From contig CAVOCV010000002.1 in NCBI GenBank assembly GCA_963694325.1, positions 1 through 39,667 on the forward strand: a stretch of DNA of 39,667 bases, in the 5' to 3' direction. Under the pieces are notes generated by a model, which ran no database searches, was not told the DNA's origin, and worked only from the letters and a program-made list of their open reading frames with translations. Below, piece after piece: positions 1-9,752 of the stretch. Positions within the stretch are counted from its first letter, which is position 1. Each line of letters opens with the position of its first letter. The position numbers and the translations under genes are program-made. This stretch comes from Candidatus Thalassarchaeaceae archaeon (GTDB taxonomy: Archaea; Thermoplasmatota; Poseidoniia; Poseidoniales; Thalassarchaeaceae).

Positions 1-2
1 GC

Positions 3-962
3 CAAGCCGAGGACACCCTGCTCGTCACCGGACCTTCCGGATTCGGTTGTGACCACCCCGCCCAGATGACCCTGAATGCCGGCGCGGCGGCGAGCAGCCA
101 TGCCGTGACCTGTGTGGCGATGAACGAATTGGCTGCGGGCAGCCATTGGCTCAATTTCACGACCACATCGTTGACCGATTCGAGTGAGTCCGCTTCGGAT
201 GGATTCGAGGTCGACATCGCCCCGGCCCGTGGTCAGAATGGCGACCCACTCATCACGGTGGAGATCCTCGGTGAGGATTGGTCACTGGCGTGGAATGCAT
301 CGGCGACCTATACCGTGGTCGTGACAAATGCTGGAAATGAGCACATCTCGGGCTTCCTCCACCTCGCGGGCGAGGATGTCAAGCAGCTCTACCCGGTCTG
401 GTCGATGGTCGATTCGGGATTGGAGGCCAGCGCCTTCTCGGTTGCACCGGGAGCCTCCTCCACCTATTCCCTGACCTTGACAGCGACGACCGAGCCGAAT
501 ATCGGCACCATCCAGTTCCGCATCGACGCCAGCGGCACCTTGTCCGATGGTCAGGGCTTCGCAGTGCCGAGCCCGGTCGTCGAGATGACCGTGGAACACC
601 AACCCGCCCCGGCGACCGAGGCGGAATTGTGGGAAGGCGGCCCGATGGTCAATGCGTCGAACCTCGCCATCGGCATGCTATCCGGCTGGTTATTCGCCGC
701 CCTGCTCCTCTTCTTCATCCGTCGCAGCGTCAAACTTCGCTCTGCCGATTCGGTTCAGGATGCCTGGGACGAGGCGGCCGAAGAAGAGTCCAAGGACGAT
801 GATCTCGAACATGGAGAAATTCGCCCCGACGAGGATGGCACGGCCCGTTGCCACGATTGCAGCGCGCGCATTCGTCTGCCCACCGAGAAGGAGGCGCCGT
901 TCCGATTCAAGTGTCCGACCTGTGCCAAGATGAACCGCGTGATGCCACCGCGTGACGACTGA
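3..962 (+). CDS. Surface protein, C-terminal fragment (5' end off-window): CARDB-like ectodomain, one TM helix, cytoplasmic 4-Cys zinc ribbon
   Basis: Frame 3 is open from nt 3 with no stop before the ATG at 66, so the ORF probably continues upstream. It has the motif YTVVVTNAGNEHISG, the TM helix LAIGMLSGWLFAALLLFFI, an acidic linker, and CHDC...CPTC near the C-terminus. The stop is TGA at 960-962. Confidence 0.7.
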   Translation, partial: QAEDTLLVTGPSGFGCDHPAQMTLNAGAAASSHAVTCVAMNELAAGSHWLNFTTTSLTDSSESASDGFEVDIAPARGQNGDPLITVEILGEDWSLAWNASATYTVVVTNAGNEHISGFLHLAGEDVKQLYPVWSMVDSGLEASAFSVAPGASSTYSLTLTATTEPNIGTIQFRIDASGTLSDGQGFAVPSPVVEMTVEHQPAPATEAELWEGGPMVNASNLAIGMLSGWLFAALLLFFIRRSVKLRSADSVQDAWDEAAEEESKDDDLEHGEIRPDEDGTARCHDCSARIRLPTEKEAPFRFKCPTCAKMNRVMPPRDD

Positions 963-963
963 A

Positions 964-1725
964 TCAGCGCTTTTCGGCGATCAACAGGAAGGCGGTATGC
1001 CCCATCGGCGTATTGCCTGGACGCACGCCGCCACGGCTCGCTTTGGTCCACAATCTCTCGATCATTTCACCGGCCCAATCGACGGTCAATCCGACCTCTT
1101 CACAGGCCTCCCACGCTTTCTCCAATTGATTGGACACCGGGCAATAGCAAGCCAAACGACCCCCATTTCGAAGATTTGCAGCCATCTGAGGGATGACCGG
1201 CCAGATCTCAGGAAGGTCGAGGATGATCGCATCCAGATCCTCAGCGTCGACCTCGGCCACATCACCCTCGATCAAGGTCCAATCTGGGAATTGTGACAGG
1301 GCACCGCGGGCACGCTCCATGTTTTCGCGTCCGACCTCGGCGTGTTCAGGTCGATTTTCGACCGAGATGAGGGTGCCTTTCTCCCCCAAGACATTGGCCA
1401 GATGCAGTGCGAGTCCGGCCGAGCCATGGCCGGCTTCGAGCACCTTTTGACCGGCCCCGATACCCATCCACGCGATCAGGAATCCCGCATCTTTCGGACT
1501 GATGATTTGGGCGCGACGCTTCATGCCGCGCCGCAACTCGGGCAGGCCCGCAGCGATGCGGGTGAACACCTTCTGTCCAATTTGGACACGATCGCCATCG
1601 ACGGTGCCTTCCAAGACCTTCATCGGGTCGAAACGACCGATGCCTCTGACCTTGATTGCTCCCGTTTCCAACGGCACGATGTAGGTGCGGCCGTCGGCTT
1701 CTCTCAATGCTGTGAATGCTGTCAT
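964..1725 (-). CDS. trmI: tRNA (adenine-N1)-methyltransferase, TrmI/Gcd14 family
   Basis: This is the C-terminal 253 aa of the 842-aa track ORF, starting at MTAFTALREADGRTYIVPLE (ATG, complement of 1723-1725). It carries the SAM-binding motif VLEAGHGSAGLALHLA and the DLPEIW motif typical of TrmI. The upstream 589 aa of the track ORF are antisense to lon. Confidence 0.85.
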   Translation of the reverse strand: MTAFTALREADGRTYIVPLETGAIKVRGIGRFDPMKVLEGTVDGDRVQIGQKVFTRIAAGLPELRRGMKRRAQIISPKDAGFLIAWMGIGAGQKVLEAGHGSAGLALHLANVLGEKGTLISVENRPEHAEVGRENMERARGALSQFPDWTLIEGDVAEVDAEDLDAIILDLPEIWPVIPQMAANLRNGGRLACYCPVSNQLEKAWEACEEVGLTVDWAGEMIERLWTKASRGGVRPGNTPMGHTAFLLIAEKR

Positions 1726-1947
1726 CGTGTCACTTCCCGGGTCCGTGGAACTCGACCCTGCGCGCAGGGTGCCGACCTGTTGAGGCGGCTGAGTGGATGT
1801 TTGGCCGACCGTGGTGGGATGTATCAATCCAACGATGGATGCCATCGCCTCGCCCACGGGGGCTAAAGCCCCCTTGGGCGGTTGACTTCGGCTTCCCGCA
1901 CATTCAAGAACGTGGCCGAGCCCGAGAGAAATGCAGGAGCGAGGGCG

Positions 1948-4005
1948 ATGGTGAACGAGGAGGTTGCCGACGAGGATGCCGTGCTCGAGGATCTCTCGCC
2001 TGACGTCCCCGAGAAGTCCTCTTTCGGCATGGGCGCCGTCGCCGAGGGCGCGGACGACCCAATCATCGATACGCCGGTTGAAGAATGGCTCTCCGGCATC
2101 GCCTTCGAGTCGACGGCCGACGTGCCGATTCCCGACCGCTTGGTCGATCAGGTGATCGGCCAGGAAGACGCCGCAGTGGTCATCCGCAAGGCGGCTGAAC
2201 AACGGCGCCACGTGATGATGATCGGCGATCCCGGCACCGGTAAGAGCATGCTCGCCAAAGCCATGACCGAACTCATGCCCAGCGAATCCCTTGAGGACAC
2301 CCTGTGCTACCTCAATGACGACGATGAGAACGAACCCCGCATCCGCACCGTGCCAGCGGGCCGAGGTGACCGTCTGGTCAAGGACCTGCGCGGCCAGATG
2401 CGAGAACAGCGCGAGCGCACCAGCCGCACCCTGATGTTTGTCGCATTGCTGATCGGTGGTGTCCTGATTCTGGCCACCATCCAAACCGGTGAGATCATCA
2501 CGCTGCTCTTCGGCATGTTCCTGCTCGCCTTCGGTTACATGTTTATCAAAAACCGATTGGTCTCTGGAGAGGATGCCCGAATTCCGAAACTCCTCGTCAA
2601 GCACAAGCGTGGCGACGCACCCCCCTTCATCGACGCGACCGGCACATTGGCAGGCAGCCTGCTCGGCGACGTGCGCCACGACCCCTTCCAATCCGGCGGC
2701 ATGGAGACCCCGGCCCACGAGCGGGTCGAGGGTGGCGCCATCCACAAGGCGCACGGCGGTGTGCTTTTCATCGATGAAATCAATCTCCTTCGCCTCGAGG
2801 AACAACAGGCCCTCTTGACAGCGATGCAGGAGAAGGCCTTCGCGATCTCTGGCCGATCCGAGCGCAGCAGCGGCGCGCTGACCAAGACCGAAGCCGTGCC
2901 CTGTGACTTCATTCTCATCGCCGCGGGCAATCTCGACGCGGTCGGTCATATGCACCCGGCACTGCGCAGCCGCATCCGCGGCTATGGCTACGAGGTTTAC
3001 GTCAATTCCACGATGCGCGACACGGCGCGAAACCGTCGCCGCCTGATTCGATTCATCGCACAAGAGGTGCGCAATGAGGAGAACAAGAAGACCGGCACGC
3101 CGATTCCCCAGTTCGACCGTTCCGCGGTCGGCGTCATTCTGCGCGAGGCACAACGCCGCGCCGGTCGTCGTGGCAAGCTCACCCTGCGACTGCGTGAACT
3201 CGGTGGACTCGTCCGAATCGCCGGCGATCTCGCCTGTGAAGAAGACGCCACCATCACCTCGGCGCACCACGTCCTCGGTGCGCGTCGCATCGCGCGACCG
3301 CTGGAACAACAAGTTGCAGACCGCATGATCGAACATCGTCAGGATTACTCCCTGCTCGTCAACTCGGGTGAGCGCGTGGGTCGGGTCAATGGCCTGGCAG
3401 TTCTCGGAGCCGACAGTGGCATGTCCGACTTCAGTGGCATCATGCTGCCCGTCGAAGCGCTCGTCACCCCTGCACAGTCCAAGACCGGTCAAGTATTCGC
3501 AACCGGTGGCCTATCCGACCTCGCCAAGGAGAGCGTCACCAACGTCAGTGCAGTCATCAAGAAACTCACTGGCAAGGATGTCGGTGATTTCGACATCCAC
3601 ATCCAATTCGTCGACACCCACGGCGTTGATGGGGACAGCGCCAGCATCACCATCGCCACCGCCATCATCTCCGCCTTCGAAGACATCCCCATCGACCAGA
3701 ATCTGGCGATGACCGGTTCGCTCTCCGTGCGCGGCGAGGTCTTGCCCATCGGAGGGGTCACAGCCAAGATTGAGGCCGCGGCCAAGTCCGGCATCAATCG
3801 CGTCATCATCCCTCGCGCCAACATGAAGGACGTACTCATCGATGATGCCTACAAGGACATGATCGAGGTCATCCCGGTCGACACCCTCGACGAGGTCATG
3901 GAGAGCGCACTCGTCGCCAATGTCAACAAGTCCTCTCTGGTCGAGCGACTCGGTTCGGTGATCGACCGCCTGACACCGAACCCGAGCGGACAACCATCGG
4001 CCTGA
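1948..4005 (+). CDS. lonB: Archaeal membrane-bound Lon protease (LonB)
   Basis: It has Walker [15 protein letters not shown] and two TM helices inserted in the AAA+ domain ([34 protein letters not shown]). Walker B is VLFIDEI, the protease Ser lies in [16 protein letters not shown] and the Lys in [10 protein letters not shown]. The ATG at 1948 is preceded by a GGAG-like sequence; the track start at 1882 is a TTG. Confidence 0.93.
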   Translation: MVNEEVADEDAVLEDLSPDVPEKSSFGMGAVAEGADDPIIDTPVEEWLSGIAFESTADVPIPDRLVDQVIGQEDAAVVIRKAAEQRRHVMMIGDPGTGKSMLAKAMTELMPSESLEDTLCYLNDDDENEPRIRTVPAGRGDRLVKDLRGQMREQRERTSRTLMFVALLIGGVLILATIQTGEIITLLFGMFLLAFGYMFIKNRLVSGEDARIPKLLVKHKRGDAPPFIDATGTLAGSLLGDVRHDPFQSGGMETPAHERVEGGAIHKAHGGVLFIDEINLLRLEEQQALLTAMQEKAFAISGRSERSSGALTKTEAVPCDFILIAAGNLDAVGHMHPALRSRIRGYGYEVYVNSTMRDTARNRRRLIRFIAQEVRNEENKKTGTPIPQFDRSAVGVILREAQRRAGRRGKLTLRLRELGGLVRIAGDLACEEDATITSAHHVLGARRIARPLEQQVADRMIEHRQDYSLLVNSGERVGRVNGLAVLGADSGMSDFSGIMLPVEALVTPAQSKTGQVFATGGLSDLAKESVTNVSAVIKKLTGKDVGDFDIHIQFVDTHGVDGDSASITIATAIISAFEDIPIDQNLAMTGSLSVRGEVLPIGGVTAKIEAAAKSGINRVIIPRANMKDVLIDDAYKDMIEVIPVDTLDEVMESALVANVNKSSLVERLGSVIDRLTPNPSGQPSA

Positions 4006-4041
4006 GCAAAGGTCATCCCCTTTCGGCCATGGCCGAAGGCC

Positions 4042-5379
4042 ATGAGTGACGAGAAGAAGACCCCCACTGGCATGGGGATTGTTTTCGTTTGCATTCTTGT
4101 AGATATGATTGGATTCGGCATCATCATCCCTTTCCTGACCTACATGGTCGATCATCTGGCTCCGTCTGGAGAACCCCTTGGCTTGTGGGTGGCTGGGTTG
4201 ATGGCTGCCTACGCGGGCATGATGTTCCTGTTCAGTCCGTTCTGGGGTGCGCTTTCGGATCGGGTCGGACGCCGGCCCTTGCTGATGTTCGGTCTGCTCG
4301 GGAATTCATTTGCATTCCTCATCTTCGGAATTTCCAGTTCGCTGATGATGGCCCTCGGCGCACGGCTCCTGGCGGGTATCGTCAACGCGAACATGTCTGT
4401 CGCCCGAGCCTACATCGGTGACATTTCCGAACCCCATGAAATCGCACGCCGACAGGGTATTCTCGGGGTCGCTTTCGGAATCGGTTTCTCCCTCGGGCCA
4501 GCCTTGGGTGGCCTTCTCTCGTCACCAGCCGATTGGCAGTGGACCGATGTGTTCGTCGGAACGGTGTTCGAAACCTACCCCTACCTACTGCCCTGTCTCG
4601 CATCGAGCGTCCTCTCATTCACAGGATTCCTGTTCGCCATCACGAAGTTGCCAGAAAGTCTTCCGAAAGAGAAGAGAGTGGGTGTTGAACAGCGGACTGC
4701 GCTGGGGACACTGAAACGGAATATGATGAACATCGGTCGGATGTTCAAGCACCCCGAACTCTCACCGGTACTTCTCTCGATGCTATTCTTCTGGATCGGA
4801 TTCACCATCATGCACGTTGTTTTCATCCTCTTTACGATGAGAGCAGTGGTCGACGGCGGATTTGGATTCGATGAACAGGACAATGGTTGGGTATTCGCAT
4901 TCATCGGCTTATCTGGCATCATCACCCAAGGCTTCTTGATCGGTGTATTGACTGACCGTTTCGGTTCATCTCGCCTGATGGCAATCGGCTTCCTCATCTG
5001 TGGATTGGGTTTGACCTCCATTCCGTATGTGCCTACTTCCCACCCAATGCTGGGCATGTTCTTGGTCAGCGGGCTCATCGCGTTCGGCAATGGCTTGGTG
5101 ACACCGAGTAATATGGCGATTCTAACCCACATTTCGGGGCCTGAAGAGCGAGGCGCTGTGATGGGTGTGAGTGAGAGTCTCCGCGCCTTATCCTCGTTCA
5201 CAGGCACGCTGTTGGGTGGCTTGGTTTGGGACCTGACGGTCAACCGGACCGACATGTGGGATTTCCACACCGCGTTCATGATTTGTGGCGTCACCTCGGT
5301 GATTGCGTGGGCCAGTTTCAGGTTCAGCAAGGCCTGGCAGTCGGAGGAATCCTACATTGATCGGGCGGTGGTTGGGTGA
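4042..5379 (+). CDS. MFS transporter (drug/H+ antiporter-like)
   Basis: About 12 predicted TM helices. MFS motif A is present as GALSDRVGRRPLLMFG between TM2 and TM3. Confidence 0.88.
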   Translation: MSDEKKTPTGMGIVFVCILVDMIGFGIIIPFLTYMVDHLAPSGEPLGLWVAGLMAAYAGMMFLFSPFWGALSDRVGRRPLLMFGLLGNSFAFLIFGISSSLMMALGARLLAGIVNANMSVARAYIGDISEPHEIARRQGILGVAFGIGFSLGPALGGLLSSPADWQWTDVFVGTVFETYPYLLPCLASSVLSFTGFLFAITKLPESLPKEKRVGVEQRTALGTLKRNMMNIGRMFKHPELSPVLLSMLFFWIGFTIMHVVFILFTMRAVVDGGFGFDEQDNGWVFAFIGLSGIITQGFLIGVLTDRFGSSRLMAIGFLICGLGLTSIPYVPTSHPMLGMFLVSGLIAFGNGLVTPSNMAILTHISGPEERGAVMGVSESLRALSSFTGTLLGGLVWDLTVNRTDMWDFHTAFMICGVTSVIAWASFRFSKAWQSEESYIDRAVVG

Positions 5380-6149
5380 TTGAACCAATGCTCGTCTGTC
5401 ATGGCGGGGCTGGCCATGGTGCCAAGGACCAACCCGGGGTCGATGCGGCTGCGGATGCGGGTTGGGAGATTCTCTCAGGGGGAGGTTCAGCGCTCGATGC
5501 TGTTCTCGCTGCGGTTGCGGTGATGGAAGACGACCCCGCACTGAACGCCGGAACGGGCGGGCGAATGCGTTCGGATGGCAGCGTTCAATTGGATGCGGCG
5601 GTCGCGACCAGCGATGGTCGCCTCGGCATCGTCATGGCCCTGGAGGATACACCGAACCCGATTCACGTCGCCGCTGCGCTCCTCGACGAGCCGATACACA
5701 TTCTCGCCGGCGATGGCGCCCGAACCTGGGCGGATGCGCAAGGATTCTCGCGGGCGACAGTGGTCGGTAGCGCCCGACCGGCCGATACCGACACGGTTGG
5801 CTGTGTGGCCATCGATGCGTCCGGCGCGATGGCGGTCGCCAGTAGCACCGGCGGTTGTACCGGCCGGCCCCGCGGCCGGGTCGGAGATACACCCTTGTGG
5901 GGCCCGGGCTTCTGGGTTGACGAACACTGTGTCCTCGCTGCGACCGGCATCGGTGAGGCGATCACTCTGGAGATGCTATGCTACCGCGTCTCTGGCTACG
6001 CAGGTACACTTGAGGAGAAGATGGCCAAAGGTCTGGCCCTATTCGACGAGGACATCGAGGTCGGTCTGATTGGCCTTTCAGTCACCGGGGAAGGATTGGG
6101 TCTTGCGAACACGACCATGCCGTGTGCGATCAGGCGTGCAGATCGTTGA
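5376..6149 (+). CDS. Isoaspartyl peptidase / L-asparaginase (Ntn-hydrolase, asparaginase 2 family)
   Basis: Motifs are HGGAG near the N-terminus, the autoprocessing/nucleophile region DTVGCVAIDASGAMAVASSTGG, and GRVGD. The GTG start overlaps the MFS stop by 4 nt. An alternative ATG lies at 5388. Confidence 0.82.
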   Translation: MIEPMLVCHGGAGHGAKDQPGVDAAADAGWEILSGGGSALDAVLAAVAVMEDDPALNAGTGGRMRSDGSVQLDAAVATSDGRLGIVMALEDTPNPIHVAAALLDEPIHILAGDGARTWADAQGFSRATVVGSARPADTDTVGCVAIDASGAMAVASSTGGCTGRPRGRVGDTPLWGPGFWVDEHCVLAATGIGEAITLEMLCYRVSGYAGTLEEKMAKGLALFDEDIEVGLIGLSVTGEGLGLANTTMPCAIRRADR

Positions 6150-6405
6150 GCATCTGCTCGAGCGCGGTGTTGATCTGTAGAATCAGGGTGCCGAACTCCA
6201 TTGGAATGTTGGGGTCCTCGTAGAGTTCCTCCAACTTGGCCTGCGTGATGGCGATTCGAATATCCATCTGCTTGCCTTTGTTGAGCAACCACTTTTCGAC
6301 GGCATCCTTGGCACCCTTGCGGATGTTTCTGGGTACTTTCGGGTCATCCAATTGCGTGATCACAGTGGCGATTTGCTGCATGCGATTCTCGAGATCCGTG
6401 GTCAT
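6130..6405 (-). CDS. UPF0147 family small archaeal protein
   Basis: 91 aa. The PRNIRKGAKDA ... EDPNIPMEFGTLI pattern matches the conserved VPRNxRRAA ... DPNMP signature of UPF0147. Confidence 0.7.
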   Translation of the reverse strand: MTTDLENRMQQIATVITQLDDPKVPRNIRKGAKDAVEKWLLNKGKQMDIRIAITQAKLEELYEDPNIPMEFGTLILQINTALEQMLNDLHA

Positions 6406-6422
6406 GAAATGTCACCTCGAAC

Positions 6423-7502
6423 ATGCGTTCTGAGCGTTGGGGGGCCGGGGCTGCTTTAAGGCGCTTTCCGGTGCAGCAACTGAGCCACATGCTGGAAAAC
6501 CTCTCTCCGCAGGATCTCATCGGGTGGACCCGACTCGCCGTTCTCATCCTCTGTTTCGGTGGTGCAGCTTGGTTGGACCACAAGACCCGCCGGGTCTCCA
6601 ACGGCTGGTGGTTCGGTTGGGCAAAGCCCACGATTTTCTTGTTTTGTCTTGAATTGCTGGTGCTCGAAGCGGATTGGATGGTCTGGTTGACCGCCTCCGC
6701 GATGCTCGCTTTCGCCTCGACCGCCTTGATCGGACGCCCCTCTCTCGGCGATGTGCTGGCCGGGTCCAAACTCGACATCATCGTCAGTGGATGGTATCTT
6801 GTCGGCGCGGTCGGACTGGGCATGGGCGCGATGGCGCACGGACCCGTTCTTCTCGACATGTTCAACCCAGACAAGGCCTGGATGGTCGCGCCCGAGGCGG
6901 AACGGATGGCCATGCTATGGGGCCAGATGCTGCTCGTTGGTCTGGCGTTGCTATTCTTCGAGATGGCCTGGCGATTCCGCATGCTGCACGGAGGTGCCGA
7001 TGCCAAGGCGATGATGCTCGCTGCACTGCTCATTCCATCCTGGAGTGGCGCACCTTGGCCGCTGTGCGCGACGGCACAGGGCAATCTGATCCCGCCGGCC
7101 ATCGCTCTGATGATTTGGGCGGGACTGGCCTTCCTCGTTCTGCCGCTAATCATGCTCGTTCGCAATGCCAAGGCTGGGGATTTGATGCCGATATCGATGT
7201 CTTGGCACGCATCGCGCATGGCACTCGACCAGATTCCAGACAACCATGTTTGGCTGCTCGAGGAGGTCGTCGACAAACCGGATGGCAGCCGAGGCGTTAC
7301 GCGAAGGATGCGACCTGTGCGCGGAAGTCGAGCAGAAACCGATGTCGAAGCCGTGCTCTTTGAACTCTCTGAAGAGGGATTGGAGCGCGCTTGGGTGACG
7401 GCGAAGCACCCCTTCCTGCTCTTTGTTTTCCCGGCGATTATCCCCTTGGTGATTCTCGGCGACCCCATCACTTGGGGCCTTGAGTTACTCGGGCTGATTT
7501 GA
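6423..7502 (+). CDS. A24-family aspartic prepilin/preflagellin peptidase (FlaK/PibD/EppA-like) with archaeal C-terminal domain
   Basis: Polytopic membrane protein. The first catalytic Asp context is AWLDHKTRRVSN and the second is the GxGD-type motif HGGADAKAMMLAALL. A TTTAAG TATA-like box at 6455-6460 favours the downstream ATG at 6489 as the true, leaderless start. Confidence 0.8.
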   Translation: MRSERWGAGAALRRFPVQQLSHMLENLSPQDLIGWTRLAVLILCFGGAAWLDHKTRRVSNGWWFGWAKPTIFLFCLELLVLEADWMVWLTASAMLAFASTALIGRPSLGDVLAGSKLDIIVSGWYLVGAVGLGMGAMAHGPVLLDMFNPDKAWMVAPEAERMAMLWGQMLLVGLALLFFEMAWRFRMLHGGADAKAMMLAALLIPSWSGAPWPLCATAQGNLIPPAIALMIWAGLAFLVLPLIMLVRNAKAGDLMPISMSWHASRMALDQIPDNHVWLLEEVVDKPDGSRGVTRRMRPVRGSRAETDVEAVLFELSEEGLERAWVTAKHPFLLFVFPAIIPLVILGDPITWGLELLGLI

Positions 7503-7504
7503 AC

Positions 7505-8326
7505 TCAGGCGATTCTCTCGACCGTCTCGGGCGTGATTGCCTCATCCTTGGTCACTCGGAATGAGATGGCCTTGAGATTCTCCGGGCCATTTCGGAACTT
7601 TCGGATGACCATTCGGGTCTCGAAGTCCGTGCCCATCATGCCAACCTCGAATTCCATCACGATGTCACAGATCGCATACAATTCGCGCTCGACGGATTTG
7701 TCGACCATGTCACTGGATATGTTCAGGAGCAGAATGCCTCGGTGTAACTGGGTGTGGGCCTGCATCATGCGGAGCATCGAGATCACCCGCGCGGGGTCAT
7801 TTCGTGCGAAGAAGAAGTCGAGATTGTCGACCACCGCGCGGAAGTAAGTCGGCAACGAGGTCACCTGGCTGGTCAGGTCGGTCAGATAATCGTGCACCTC
7901 TGTCTCGACGAAGCGGGTCTGCGCAAGGCGTTGGATGTCCTCCATCGAGAATCCTTCAAGCCGATAGCGGCTGGCCCGGAGGTCGCGCTCGAGGACGTTT
8001 CGGTTGTATTCCTCGCCCAGCGTTCGAACCATGATGTCTGTCGGCCAGTCATAGCGCTTGTACAGCGCGAGAATTTCGGATTGGCTCTCCACGGTCGACA
8101 CCAGCAAGGTGTTTTCCGGGTCTTCGGCCACTGAGGAGAACTGCTTCCCGAACAGGTCCATGCCCGCACCTTGGTTGCCGATGGCGAGGAGGGTGAATCC
8201 GCGCGGGATGCTGCCCTCATTGTGTGGGCTTCCGGTGAGGATGGAGTCGAATTTCGCAGAGCCGATGCTCCCCATGTCGCCGTAGAACTCCTCATCATCG
8301 GATTCGAATCTCACAGTTGTGACCAT
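7505..8326 (-). CDS. KaiC/RecA-fold protein with degenerate Walker A (GNQGAGMD instead of GxxGxGKT)
   Basis: GGAGG lies 8 nt upstream of the ATG. The KaiC-like layout includes IPRGFTLLAIGNQGAGMDLFGKQF and a C-terminal RMVIRKFRNGPENLKAISFRV, comparable to the KaiC R..K.RG....F.I motif. Confidence 0.7.
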   Translation of the reverse strand: MVTTVRFESDDEEFYGDMGSIGSAKFDSILTGSPHNEGSIPRGFTLLAIGNQGAGMDLFGKQFSSVAEDPENTLLVSTVESQSEILALYKRYDWPTDIMVRTLGEEYNRNVLERDLRASRYRLEGFSMEDIQRLAQTRFVETEVHDYLTDLTSQVTSLPTYFRAVVDNLDFFFARNDPARVISMLRMMQAHTQLHRGILLLNISSDMVDKSVERELYAICDIVMEFEVGMMGTDFETRMVIRKFRNGPENLKAISFRVTKDEAITPETVERIA

Positions 8327-8340
8327 GTTTCATTCCTCCA

Positions 8341-8937
8341 TCAGTTGATGACGACCTGCCCGCGATCGATCAGATCGGTGCAATAGAGATCCAGATTCGC
8401 CAGCACACCGGGAGGCGTCTGGTCGGGCACGTTGACGATCGCGGTGAGCACCTCTCGTGCGCGGAATGTGTTGATGAAGGTGTGGAGGTACTCGGCCAGC
8501 ATGCGACCCTCATTGTAGATCGAGAGTGCATTCACCGAATCGAGGAGTACGAATGACCCGGTGTCGGTGTGCTCACCGAGGTGGTAGAGGGTCTGCAACA
8601 TGATCGATTCGAGCATGATGGGGCTGTCGACGAATCGGACGTTTTCGTAGGGGGTTTCCGTGCCACCAATGAAACCTGCCGAAACCGTGTCGATGAAGGT
8701 GATTCCAGTGGTGTCGATGCCGATCTCGTCGAGGGTCTGGATGATCTCGACCGCGCGGCGTGAGGCACAGATGTAGACGCCTTTCATCTCGAAGCCTTGA
8801 ATCAAGGGTTGTAGAATACTCGCGATGATGAGGAAAGAATTGCTCGTGCCAACCCGCACCTGGATGGCGGAGGACGGGTTGACCTCTTCGGCCAATTGTG
8901 CAGCGATGCCGCCATCGAGCTCAATCATTCGCGGCAC
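8341..8937 (-). CDS. KaiC/RecA-fold protein lacking a P-loop
   Basis: The RecA-core-like strand pattern is present (FVLLDSVNALSIY, EVLTAIVNVPD) but there is no GxxGxGK[ST]. The GTG at 8937 or the ATG at 8928 overlaps the stop of the upstream kaiC-like gene by 17 or 8 nt. Confidence 0.65.
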   Translation of the reverse strand: MPRMIELDGGIAAQLAEEVNPSSAIQVRVGTSNSFLIIASILQPLIQGFEMKGVYICASRRAVEIIQTLDEIGIDTTGITFIDTVSAGFIGGTETPYENVRFVDSPIMLESIMLQTLYHLGEHTDTGSFVLLDSVNALSIYNEGRMLAEYLHTFINTFRAREVLTAIVNVPDQTPPGVLANLDLYCTDLIDRGQVVIN

Positions 8938-9682
8938 CCCACTTCAGCATCGGAGTCATCATGACGCCTTTCCGGGTGAGCTCCATCGCATACTTCGCGC
9001 GCGAGTGTTGGGTACCGCGCATCTTGACGACCTGGATGAACCGGAGCAGGTGACCCATGCGCTCGACATCGCCGAGCACGAGGATCCCATCGAGAATCGC
9101 CTCCTCCACACCGAAGGAGGACCAGTAGGCCTTGGCACCGGAAGAGGTGATCTCAGAGACGAGCAATGCCGTGCAGCCCAATGTTGAGAGCGCCTTTCCG
9201 AGTTTGAAGAGGAAATCGCGAATCAGCTGCTCGCTGGGAATCTTGTAGCAGAGCGTTGTCACCGAATCGATCACGAGTCGGGTGACTCCGATCGTGTTTA
9301 CGATGTCGGTAATCGACTTGACCATGGCGTCAATATCCGTGAGGTCGAAGGTGGATTTCGTCATGCCGAGCCAAGAGAAGAGCACGTCCATGTCGAAGAC
9401 ATTGATCAGGCCTTGATCGACCAGTCGCATGTCGAAGAAGTCGAATTGCCGAACGTTTTCCAACAATTTCACCGAAGGTTCTGTGGCTGAGAAATGGGCA
9501 CATGCTTCCCCCGCGCGCGCGCCGTTTACGAGGAATTCCATGCACATCGTCGTCTTGCCCGACCCGCACGTTCCCGCCACCAACACGGTCGACCCATAGG
9601 GGATGCCACCGCGGAGAATTTCATCCAGCCCGCGGATGCCCGTGACACAGCGGTCACGCTCGTACTGTGGGTTCGGCATCAT
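8921..9682 (-). CDS. KaiC-like single-domain RecA-superfamily ATPase (intact)
   Basis: It starts at MMPNPQYER (ATGATG, complement of 9677-9682). It has the GIRGLDEILRGGIPYGSTVLVAGTCGSGKTTMCMEF Walker A, a Walker B-like RLVIDSV, and the KaiC C-terminal motif VVKMRGTQHS. The track ORF extension to 9820 overlaps the upstream gene and was not used. Confidence 0.85.
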   Translation of the reverse strand: MMPNPQYERDRCVTGIRGLDEILRGGIPYGSTVLVAGTCGSGKTTMCMEFLVNGARAGEACAHFSATEPSVKLLENVRQFDFFDMRLVDQGLINVFDMDVLFSWLGMTKSTFDLTDIDAMVKSITDIVNTIGVTRLVIDSVTTLCYKIPSEQLIRDFLFKLGKALSTLGCTALLVSEITSSGAKAYWSSFGVEEAILDGILVLGDVERMGHLLRFIQVVKMRGTQHSRAKYAMELTRKGVMMTPMLKWGAAND

Positions 9683-9752
9683 GGTGAACGCACCTCGGAT
9701 TCGGCAGCCCTTAGATAAGCCGATTGACGGAACCGTGCTGAAATGGTTTGCC

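Noticed and set aside
1857-1873. Small hairpin GGGGGC-TAAA-GCCCCC in the trmI/lonB divergent spacer
   Set aside because: It is short and isolated, with no flanking T-tract or recognisable RNA-family context. It could be incidental in GC-rich DNA.
964-3492. 842-aa minus-strand ORF spanning trmI and running antisense through lonB
   Set aside because: Only the last 253 aa resemble a known family (TrmI). The remainder is Arg/Gly/Ala-rich low-information sequence opposite a very well-supported LonB frame. Such long antisense open frames are expected in high-GC DNA.
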